A DNA stretch of 63,989 bases, filler included, from Octopus bimaculoides (Eukaryota): assembly GCF_001194135.2 (NCBI RefSeq). It is 6 parts of 6 records of this genome, joined end to end, with 100 filler letters (N's around TTAATTAATTAA, not from the genome) between each part and the next. Parts side by side here need not be neighbours in the genome. Positions count along the whole stretch, not along the records: positions 5,395 to 34,139 come from NC_069000.1; positions 34,240 to 45,000 come from NC_068991.1; 4 more parts are not named here. One strand, given 5' to 3'. A model generated the notes under the pieces. It saw only the letters and a list, made by a program, of their open reading frames with translations. It was not told where the DNA came from and ran no database searches. Shown in pieces: positions 25,712 through 36,207 of the stretch. Within the stretch, counting starts at the first letter, position 1. Every line of letters starts with the position of its first letter. The position numbers and the translations under genes were made by a program.

Positions 25712-26208
25712 TCAATATTTTGTGCACACAACGCAGGTTAATTCTAGACCATTGATATACGACCATGGCAATGAACCACAAACAGTCTGAACGAAATAAA
25801 GTAAAGCTGCGTCTTCACTTGCGTTACTTGCTGCAATTGTTTCTGGTGCATAGTCCACGCACACGTATTCATTTCTGCCGTTGTGCTTGTTAGCCTCAGC
25901 CATTAAATATCCTGAATACTCAGTCTTCCAATCAGAGTAACACACTGTTCTGGCTGGTAACATCATAACTATTGCAGGTTCTCGTGTCAAACAGACAGCA
26001 CAGGGAACATTGTGATCATGAAGTTCTTTAGCGTTTTCAAAAGAAAACAAAGAATCAGATGTATAGGCCTCGAGTTGATATTCAGCGCCATATATACTAG
26101 CAGCAGCTTCGACTTTTGAAGTAAATTCGGCAGGAATCGGGTCTTTAGGTAGACATAAGAGATTACTTCCACCACCAATAACCTTATAACTTTGACCACC
26201 AACCACAC
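25712..26208 (-). CDS. C4/spongin-related terminal exon B (intact)
   Basis: Acceptor aaattctag|GT GTG GTT GGT GGT, phase 1, open to TGA at 25714-25712. Same motif set as exon A (GGGSNLLCLP, HDHNVPCAVC, EYSGYLM, YVCVD, CGSLP, ELTCVVC). Confidence 0.85.
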
Positions 26209-26341
26209 CTAGAATTTGAGTAAAAAAAGATATACAATAATTACATATTTTGATAGACCACATACCTAAAATATTATATTTTCCGATGACAATATATCAC
26301 AATATACCAATATTCCACATAACATGAGAAAATCAAGAAAA

Positions 26342-26735
26342 TATAAGGAGTGGCTGTGTGGTAAGTAACTTGCTTACCAACCACATGGTTCCAAGTTCAG
26401 TCCCACTGCGTGGCACCTTGGGCAAGTGTCTTCTACTATAGACTCGGGCCGACCAAAGCCATGTGTGTGGATTTGGTAGACGGAAACTGAAAGAAGCCCG
26501 TCGTATATATGTTTGTGTGTCTGTGTTTGTCCCCCCACCATCGCTTGATAACCGATGCAGGTGTGTTTACGTCCCCGTAACGTAGCGGTTCGGCAAAAAG
26601 AGACCGATAGAATAAGCACTAGGCTTACAAAGAATAAGTCCAGGGGTCGATTTGATTCGACTAAAGGCGGTGCTCCAGCATGGCCGCAGCCAAATGACTG
26701 AAACAATTAAAAGAGTAAAGAGAGAGTAAAGAGTC
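26342..26735 (+). mobile_element. SINE family A, full length (tRNA-like head ggagtggctgtgtggtaag...; tail agtaaaag repeats)
   Basis: Matches many other copies in the window; B-box-like gttcagtcc. Confidence 0.85.
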
Positions 26736-26924
26736 TACAGCCGTACTGTTGTTTTATAACCAACAAGGTGGTCACATGTGACTCACTCATGATCTCAGTG
26801 TGTCAGTTGGCAGGTTCCTGGTTCAGTATGAGGTCACAAATGTCTGTCATTGTTTGAAATATAAATTTGTATATAACATAATTTATTATCTTCTCTGACT
26901 TTTCTCATTTTTGTACTGGATGAA

Positions 26925-28530
26925 TGTCTAAAAGAGAGGGGTAGAGCTATGATTTGATCACCATCTTGTCTGCAACATCAAAACGATCTACAACAGGAAG
27001 AAATGATAAAGTTATAAAGTCCATTGAGACTTACAGAATGAAGTGGAAAGCCCTGTCGGATGATGGTATCAGAAGCAAATATGTAGACACAATTATATCC
27101 AAAATACCTGAAAGAACTGAGTATGTGAAACAGAATGGAGACTAGAAAATTACTATTTTTAAATCTCACAACGAGAAATATTCAGCAACGGTACTTTGTA
27201 GTAAAGATTGTTTGCCAACATAACATGGCAGTCCTGGTTTAGGACGAACGTTGCTGTAATTTAACCCCAGGAGATATCGTCTCCATCTGGCTATACGACA
27301 CGATCTGTGTCCTTGTATTTTCGAACAAGGGAATCTAGGATGAAAGGAAATAACCCAGAAATCGCGACATACAGATATTGTTTTGAGCTGAGTGGGGGTG
27401 CTACATTCCCTTGTTCGAAAATATAAGGACACAGATCGTGTCGTATAGCCAGCTGGAGATGATGTCTCCTGGGGCTAAATTACAGCAACATTCGTCCTAA
27501 ACCAGAACTGCCATGTTATGTTGGCAAACAATCTTTGCTCCAGAGTGGAGACTGTTTACGTAAGTCTCTTCTTTGGCTGTAAAGTTCCGTAGGAAATGGG
27601 GCTCGGTGTGATGCCAAATGGCATGAGAACCCCTTGCTTTAATCAGAAAGTTGAAAGTATCATCGGGGCAAAGAAGAGGGCATACAAAGCTTGACTTGGA
27701 AAATGTCTCCTTTTTGAGTAGAAGCTACACTGAGGTGCGAAGCAGTAAAAACGTTCAATGTAAAAGGATGGAAGGACTTTGAGGTGAAGCTGAACAAGAC
27801 TTTAGATTGGGCAATGGATTATTCTAGCAGACAATTCGCCGCCTTCCTACAAACAACTCGGTTGAAGTTCTTCTATTTGTAGAGGAATGTAAACTTGGCA
27901 AGTGTAGAGAATATTTTGCTGATCTAAATTCGTTCACGATAAAATCTTATGATGAGCACGTGGTGCATTTAGGGTCAAAGTTCCAAAGTGTCTGATGACA
28001 TAGAGGCGATTAAAGCCCTTATATTTGCCAAAGCTGTTTTCAATAGAGTAAGTATTCCCTAGCTGACCCGTTTGTGCCGGCTGACTTGGACATCTGGGAA
28101 GACACTAAATCAATGGTAATCCGAGATGGTAATACCAATTTTAAAAAAAAAGGACAGAAGAGAGGATGCTGTAATTATAAAGTGATCTCTTTCTTGTGTT
28201 CCCCACCCCCGCTCTCCAAAGATTTCGGGCCTCGTGCCTAGAATAGAAAAGGAGATATTGTGATATATGTCTGGAAAAGATCAGTATGGAAATTGTTGAG
28301 TCCAAACTTACTGAAGAGCAGTGTAGCTTCCGTCCTGAGTGCAGCATAACTCAGATATTTATTCTACTGCAGGTAGAGCGAATTGACATGCGCAGTCATT
28401 ATGGAAGTGGCAGCAATCGTTTGGTAGAGGATTTGTTTACTGATATTTGAAGACAGCTCGGTGCTACAAGGCTCATTGGAAGATCATCTCCAGCTATTGT
28501 AATCGAACCAATGTCATTTCGCATCAGAAG
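26925..28530 (+). mobile_element. Decayed RTE-clade LINE (endonuclease end to RT), interrupted by a fold-back element
   Basis: Fragments DHHLV, EWRLFT, KKRAYKA and LTEEQCSFRP across frameshifts. Confidence 0.6.
27200..27539. mobile_element. Fold-back / MITE-like element: 135-bp inverted arms (27200-27334, 27405-27539) with a 70-bp spacer
   Basis: The arms are reverse complements with about 8 mismatches by manual count, mostly transitions. Confidence 0.8.
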
Positions 28531-28836
28531 GACACACATCAAACTTCGCTTTCAGGTATAGAGAAAAAGTCCCCAGTCACCAGAAGAATCGAAAGAAAAG
28601 AAGCTCCATATCATTTCAGTACACAAAATCAATCTTTTAACTGAAATGTGTCTGTTGCTGTAAAGCGATATTGTAATATATGGATGTAATAAGCTTTTGT
28701 GAGCAACTCACGAGGCGAGCAACTCTTTGGAAAGGTCTAAATCCCGAACCAAGTTATTTACTCAATTTTGTGAAAATTGCTCTGGTAATTCGTCTTCGGA
28801 CTCCTGTATACTTTCGTTTTTCTAAGTCACTACTCC

Positions 28837-28907
<71 letters not shown>

Positions 28908-28926
28908 NNNNNNNNNNCTCTCTCTT

Positions 28927-28970
<44 letters not shown>

Positions 28971-29402
28971 AGCCATCTTTTATAGCATCATATTCTCGCT
29001 GCGTTTGTTGAGCATGAAATTTAGCGTTCACATGACCATCTGAGGCAACCTACATACACACACACACACACACACACACATACACACGAGTTCAGTGAGA
29101 ATGAGGTTGACATCAGCGTTCATTCTGGGACTCGGTATGTTCACTTGTTTATATGAATCTTTACGTGTTTATATTAATTCAAATCTACCAGCGAGAAATC
29201 ACTTTCCAGTTCATTTCCCTTTGTTGACTGCAATATTTTTCAGATATAACTGAAACCTCTTAAAACAATGAAACTAAAAATATAACACTCCATTGAAAAT
29301 ACTTTACAGAAAACCTTACATCTTTCGGTGAAATTATATTTCGAAATACACATTTTCAAGCTGATAAATTAAAAAGTGGTATGTCTTGTTGTTAAATATA
29401 AC

Positions 29403-29408
29403 TTTATT
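29403..29408 (-). terminator. AATAAA in the conserved 3' block of exon A
   Basis: cctggAATAAA is conserved at the homologous position in all three copies. Confidence 0.5.
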
Positions 29409-29708
29409 CCAGGATATAACTATAACAACAGGCGGAACCGTATGATTCATTCTATAGAATTATGCAAAAAAATCTTTTCGAAATTCAAAATGCCATTAAG
29501 AATAAATTTTGACAAATATATATTGCAAATTATTTTAATGATTTTCATTAGTTGAATATAGGACAACGTTACCAAATATTATGCAGGAGATTTCTATTTA
29601 TTCTTCTCAATGAGTTCATCTTTTATAATTCACCTATAAATCTGTACGCGGATCTTGTAATTCAACCGTAAAATTTTTATAATGAATTTGAATTCGGCCA
29701 TATTCTAT

Positions 29709-30208
29709 TCAATATTTACTGCAAACAACACAGCTTAATTCTTGGCCATTTTCATACGGTGGACATGGTAATGAACCACACATAGCCTGAACTATATACA
29801 TTGAAGCTCCGTTTAAGTTTTTGTAACTTTTTGGATTTATTTCTGGTGCATGGTCTACGCACACGTATTCATGTCTACTATGGCTGTAGTCGTATTCACT
29901 CATCAAATACCCATAGTACTCAATTGTCCAACCAGGGTAACACTTTGTCCTGGCTGGTAACATCATAACAGCTGCAGGTTTTTGTGTCAAACAGACAGCA
30001 CAAACAACATCATAGTTTTAAAATCTTCTTGCGTTTTCATTAGAAAAACCTCCACTATTTACATTATTCTCAAGTTGATATTCACTCCCATATATAGTTG
30101 CGGCTTGTTCAAGCTCCGTAGAAAATTTGAGCCACATCATATTGTTAGGTAAACACAGGAGATTACTTCCACCACCAGTAAAGTTATAACGTGCACCACC
30201 AACCATTC
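29709..30208 (-). pseudogene. C4/spongin-related terminal exon A (proximal), carrying one in-frame TAA at 30020-30018
   Basis: Acceptor aattctag|GA ATG GTT GGT GGT. Motifs GGGSNLLCLP, CAVC, MMLPART, GWTIEYYGYLM, YVCVD, CGSLPCPPY, ELSCVVC. The two ORF-track pieces are in frame, separated only by TTT TAA AAC. Confidence 0.8.
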
Positions 30209-30997
30209 CTAGAATTGTGGGGGAAAAGAAATATATAAATTATATATTTTATAAGACAAAATACCTGAAATATTATTTAAAAGTATTTCTTGAGCAATTA
30301 TATTTTCCGTTGACACGATATCACTATATTTCACTATTCCACCCAGGAATTATCTTTTTCAAATGTTTCTTTTTATTCGTCTGATGGCTTATTTGTACTG
30401 GCGAAAAAGACATTCACATTTTTATAGAAAACATTTCTGGAGAGGTTCCATCATTTAAATAATTCCATTCAATTCCATTTGTTCCGAATAAACTCGTATT
30501 ATTCAACACAAAAACTTTGGCTTGTAAGGTTTTTCCACAAAATATAATGTCACTTATCAATTCGCCTTTAAAATGTGATTCTTTTCCTNNNNNNNNNNNN
30601 NNNNNNNNNNNNNNNNNNNNNNNNNNNNNNNNNNNNNNNNNNNNNNNNNNNNNNNNNNNNNNNNNNNNNNNNNNNNNNNNNNNNNNNNNNNNNNNNNNNN
30701 NNNNNNNNNNNNNNNNNNNNNNNNNNNNNNNNNNNNNNNNNNNNNNNNNNNNNNNNNNNNNNNNNNNNNNNNNNNNNNNNNNNNNNNNNNNNNNNNNNNN
30801 NNNNNNNNNNNNNNNNNNNNNNNNNNNNNNNNNNNNNNNNNNNNNNNNNNNNNNNNNNNNNNNNNNNNNNNNNNNNNNNNNNNNNNNNNNNNNNNNNNNN
30901 NNNNNNNNNNNNNNNNNNNNNNNNNNNNNNNNNNNNNNNNNNNNNNNNNNNNNNNNNNNNNNNNNNNNNNNNNNNNNNNNNNNNNNNNNNNNNNNNA

Positions 30998-31790
30998 ACT
31001 GGTTTAAATGAATGTCCTAAAGTGTTCCAGTATCCGCTACCTACTCCGGAGGACATATTTACGAAATTAAACGATGGTAAGATGTTTTCTAAATTGGGAG
31101 AATGTACGAAAAAAAAACAACAACAGACGAGGACAGGTGGTGTAAACAACAAAAGGATGTATTAGTTTGACGCTCGGGAATACAGAAAGTCTTTAACGTT
31201 TCGAGCTACGCTCTTCAACAGAAAGAATACAGAGAAAACAAGGAGAAAAACACGGAGAAAAAAAATTGAATGGTCTTTGGTCAACGATCTATCATGGCTT
31301 CTGCGGACAGGAAGTTTAGAAAGTTCACGCAGGAGAGCAATGAAAAAGGGGAGATAACAAAAGGGAGATCCTTCAGACACGTACCTACAAATTAGAGTAG
31401 ACGATGAATGCTCTAAATACCTAACAATTAACACACATGAAGGACTGTATAAATACAACAGGTTACCGTTTGGCTTAAAAGTCGCACAGGCGATTTTTCA
31501 ACAGATTATGGATGTAATGTTAGCGGGTTGCGAATTCGCAATTCCATATCTGGATGCTATATTCATAAAAAGCGAATTTCGGAACCAACACGTAGAGCGC
31601 GACAATTATGTGTTCGAAAAAGTAAGAATTACGGATTTACTTTGAGTGAAGGAAAGTGTGAATTATTTAGAACAAATCATTGACAGAAATGAATGTCGAC
31701 CAGATTCATTGAAGCCAGACGCAATTAGAAATATTCCCCCTCCGACAAATATAGCGACCTTACAAGCTTTGTAGTGACAGGCAAAATTAC
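30998..31790 (+). mobile_element. Gypsy/Ty3-like RT remnant split by an insertion at about 31100-31355
   Basis: YPLPTPEDIFTKLNDGKMFSKL / SDTYLQIRVDDECSKYLTINTHEGLYKYNRLPFGLKVAQAIFQQIMD...YLD. Confidence 0.85.
31100..31355. mobile_element. Insertion with Penelope-like terminal motif (acgtttcgagc-tacg-ctcttcaacaga); related motifs at about 31790 and 41920-42000
   Basis: Motif resemblance to Penelope pLTR ends only; no ORF support. Confidence 0.35.
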
Positions 31791-31880
31791 ACGTTTCGAG
31801 TGGAGCTCTTCATCAGAAATATAGGAAAAGTCCAAAGAAGGGGAGACGGAGAAAGAAAATCGCGAACAATACACACGCAG

Positions 31881-31934
<54 letters not shown>

Positions 31935-31947
31935 NNNNNNNNNNNNN

Positions 31948-32013
<66 letters not shown>

Positions 32014-32709
32014 AGGATTTACTTTTCGTAATGAGATAAAAAAAAACCAAGGCTGTGTATAATATAGAACATTTATAAATAGAATGTCTTACAGCTGTTT
32101 CCGGGATATTTATTATATCCCTTCATCGGAGACGGTGTGAGAGGATGTTTAAGCAATAGATAGTTTACATAAGATAAGAAATAGAGAGTGAATGCAGGGA
32201 TATTGTATTTGTAAATCCATTATTTAGACAGAATGGTATACATATAAGATTCCAATACTTTGTGAGTAAAAAATCCAGTCGACTTTAAGATTGGTCAATG
32301 CCTTTGTAAATCCATTATTAAGATTCCAGTACCCTATGAGTAAAATCCAACAGTCTTTGAAATTGGTCATTCCAAATACACAGTGTTATTGAATCAAGGT
32401 TTGTTTTTCTTTTTACATATTTTAACGCTTTCGAGAGAAGGCTTTAAGAAAATAATGGTTAGAATTGTACAATAGCCAAATGGTAAATCTGCTAATCATT
32501 TGATTATGGTGTGGCTATTAAATATTTGTTTTGTTTTGATTTTGTACTTCTATGAAGCTATAATGTATTTAATAGCCAACCTTAGTTCGCGTTTTATCAG
32601 AATAAGTAGTCGGCAATATATTTTATGCGAGAAAGAGAGAGAAAGAGAGAGAAAGAGAGAGAGGGGGAGAGGGAGAGGAGGGAGGGAGAGAGCAAGAGAC
32701 AAGGAGAGA

Positions 32710-32747
<38 letters not shown>

Positions 32748-32811
32748 AGTGAGGGACTGGAGGGAGAGAAAACAGATAATAGTTATAAAGGGATTGAATT
32801 GGTAAAGATGT

Positions 32812-32864
<53 letters not shown>

Positions 32865-33610
32865 NNNNNNNNNNNNNNNNNNNNNNNNNNNNNNNNNNNN
32901 NNNNNNNNNNNNNNNNNNNNNNNNNNNNNNNNNNNNNNNNNNNNNNNNNNNNNNNNNNNNNNNNNNNNNNNNNNNNNNNNNNNNNNNNNNNNNNNNNNNN
33001 NNNNNNNNNNNNNNNNNNNNNNNNNNNNNNNNNNNNNNNNNNNNNNNNNNNNNNNNNNNNNNNNNNNNNNNNNNNNNNNNNNNNNNNNNNNNNNNNNNNN
33101 NNNNNNNNNNNNNNNNNNNNNNNNNNNNNNNNNNNNNNNNNNNNNNNNNNNNNNNNNNNNNNNNNNNNNNNNNNNNNNNNNNNNNNNNNNNNNNNNNNNN
33201 NNNNNNNNNNNNNNNNNNNNNNNNNNNNNNNNNNNNNNNNNNNNNNNNNNNNNNNNNNNNNNNNNNNNNNNNNNNNNNNNNNNNNNNNNNNNNNNNNNNN
33301 NNNNNNNNNNNNNNNNNNNNNNNNNNNNNNNNNNNNNNNNNNNNNNNNNNNNNNNNNNNNNNNNNNNNNNNNNNNNNNNNNNNNNNNNNNNNNNNNNNNN
33401 NNNNNNNNNNNNNNNNNNNNNNNNNNNNNNNNNNNNNNNNNNNNNNNNNNNNNNNNNNNNNNNNNNNNNNNNNNNNNNNNNNNNNNNNNNNNNNNNNNNN
33501 NNNNNNNNNNNNNNNNNNNNNNNNNNNNNNNNNNNNNNNNNNATATATATATATATATATATACACATATATTATTTATATTATAGAGACGAACAGTTTG
33601 GTATACTAAC

Positions 33611-33685
33611 CTTCATACACAAGTTCAGCAGTATCAGGACAGGTTTTTCTACCCCACCGGGTATACAGTGATCCGTGACCGGCTT
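33611..33685 (-). CDS. Spongin/short-chain collagen C4-related gene, shared upstream exon (AGHGSLYTRWGRKTCPDTAELVYEG)
   Basis: Acceptor tttttaatttcacag|AA, donor GAAG|gttagt, 75 nt, phase 1-1. Y-x-R-W-G-R-x-x-C-P...LVYEG is the N-terminal motif of this NC1-like domain. Confidence 0.9.
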
Positions 33686-34107
33686 CTGTGAAATTAAAAA
33701 GGAAACAATGCATTTAAACAAAACTTAAGGGTGTATTATCTGCAATTAAAGCTGGTTACCCTAAGATTTTACTGGTATTTAGCTAAATGGGGACAAAGAT
33801 GTATTGAGCACTTTTTAGATACAGGATTACTTATGAAAATTAATTTGCAATTTGGTGACATAAGCCAACTAGATGTAAGGAGACAATAATAAATTACTCT
33901 TTTACTCTTTTACTTGTTTCAGTCATTTGACTGCGGCCATGCTGGAGCACCGCCTTTACTCGAGCAAATCGACCCCAGGACTTATTCTTTGTAAGCCTAA
34001 TATTTATTCTATCGGTCTCTTTTTTGCCGAACCGCTAAGTGACGGGGACGTAAACACACCAGCATCGGTCGTCAAGCGATGTTGGGGGGACAAATACGGA
34101 CACACAA

Positions 34108-34139
<32 letters not shown>

Positions 34140-34239
34140 NNNNNNNNNNNNNNNNNNNNNNNNNNNNNNNNNNNNNNNNNNNNTTAATTAATTAANNNNN
34201 NNNNNNNNNNNNNNNNNNNNNNNNNNNNNNNNNNNNNNN
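34140..34239. other. Scaffold gap of unknown size marked by ttaattaattaa (also at about 5295-5394, 45001-45100, 53621-53720, 60728-60827)
   Basis: Fixed 100-nt N blocks with an identical 12-mer in the centre; assembly artefact. Confidence 0.9.
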
Positions 34240-34282
<43 letters not shown>

Positions 34283-34980
34283 GTTATGTATATATCCAGC
34301 AGCTAAGTGAGTAAGGAGAAAATATGGAAAGATATACTTAAAAGTGGAGATAACATTCAACACAACAGTAAAATCGTCAACAATCGTCATCTAAAAGTAG
34401 ATTTTTTAATTAATTTTCTTTTTTAATCGTTAAAAAGAAGAATAAGTGAACAAAGAACTCCACAAGACCATCTACAATGGACCGATGTTTGGGGGGCTGA
34501 ATTGAGCAGAAACAGCCATCCCAACATCATTATAGTTTGTAAACCTGACGAAGTAAATTTTGTAAAGGTAAGTCAGTAGCGAAGAGTACTGCAGTAATGG
34601 TAGAGGTCAACATACAGCCCTGACCACACACCACACGCATACACACACGTACATTCGCACGAATACAGACAGACAGACACACACACATCAACATGTACAT
34701 ACAACACAGATGCCGATATAGTCAGTAATAGAGGAGACATCGTATTATTATTATTATATACACAAATCAATTGCACATCGACAACTACAACGAAATTGAC
34801 ATCGATACACGCGCAACAACATAAATAAATATACAGGGCAATGCAGACATCAGCATATATATATATATATTTATATATATACACACACACATCAGAAATA
34901 AATAGCAGATGAAGCATCATTTCGACCGATTCCAGCCACCATCAATAGTCAACGCAACCCCCATTCTCAGAAGAGCTTAC

Positions 34981-35081
34981 CTCTGTGCTTTATATAACTG
35001 TTTATTTTCCACTCTACCCTTGTACGCGCCCAATCTAGTGGAAAACTTATAGAACAAGCCATCCCTTAATTCAGACATCTT
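34981..35081 (-). CDS. Candidate exon (KMSELRDGLFYKFSTRLGAYKGRVENKQLYKAQ), unidentified; may be 5' UTR or start of the C4-related gene
   Basis: Acceptor ttctacccattctgccag|AAG, donor AGAG|gtaagc. Open in phase 0-2 with the 36145 exon. A second frame, ATG GCT...AGA G, ends in phase 1. Confidence 0.4.
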
Positions 35082-36144
35082 CTGGCAGAATGGGTAGAAT
35101 AAATTTAGACGAGAATATTGTAAAACAAATTCTACGGTAATGTCTAATCAACGGGTTGATGAAAGTAATGTTAAAAACAAGGAGAAACTGAATCACAAAC
35201 AACAGTTGTATCTAAGAGATTCCACAACAAATAGTAAAGACAGTTTATAGTTAGACTTTACACACCACAGTGAATGAGCGAGTGAGTGAGTGAATAAGCT
35301 ATGGGAGTATTTTGATATTCTTGGAAAGCAGGCCTGTTTGGGTAAACAGGTTTTAAATATAAACGGCATTGAGCTGACTGTCTTTCTTTCATCACAGTTG
35401 ATGTGTCTGACAAAAGTGAGGCGTATGACTGAGAAATTATCACTCTGTTGCCAGTTATAATAGCACTGATCAATCTATGGTTACGTTTATATATGTGAAG
35501 CAGGGTCGGGAAGCAAACGAAAAGATTTTTCTTTTTTGTTTTTCCTTCACATATTATTGACAAGCGGCGGAAATAATAGATCCATATGCTAGGCGACATT
35601 TTTCTAAGCAAAAACACATCAAGCCTGACGATGTATTCCCAATATTTCTTTCGTTTTTTATAGACGAATCTTTTGTCAAATGCCGATGTAATAAGGAAAT
35701 GATGTCAGAGATTATTCAGCTTATAGAAATTACACTTCTGTGCTACAACAAATTGTAAAGATAGATAAAGAGACGAGAGACAGTTTCAAAACATCTGGAC
35801 CACTTTTCTTTCGTAACATTTTCCTTTACTGATACTTAATTACAACACACGACACACATATTGTAGCTAGCTAGCTAGCAAGCTGTCTTATCTAATCACT
35901 CAGTCAATAGTTTTCTGTCTGCTCGTTCAATCACTCGCTCAATAATATCAGTCTGTCTGCTCCAAACACTATCACTACCACCATTTTTATCAGCGAATAA
36001 AAACTAACACAAGTGACTCCGCTGCAGATACACACACATATATATATTCGTATTAAACACGACTTTGTCACTAACAGAATATACAGAAGTGAAAAACAGA
36101 AAATAGAGAGACAAACGGACAAAAAAAGGTGTTCCTTGACTCAC

Positions 36145-36207
36145 TTGTACTACAGCTTTGTGTTCGAATTCATGAGCTATACGCAGACAGGAGGGCAGTT
36201 GCGCCAT
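36145..36207 (-). CDS. Candidate first exon (MAQLPSCLRIAHEFEHKAVVQ), unidentified
   Basis: ATGGCG start and strong donor CAA|gtgagt in a CpG-containing region. No recognisable homology. Confidence 0.35.

Noticed and set aside
34330-34780. Signal-peptide-like frames (MSPLLLTISASV..., MMLGWLFLLN...) for the C4 gene
   Set aside because: No acceptable phase-1 GT donor, or splicing to the WGR exon creates a stop.
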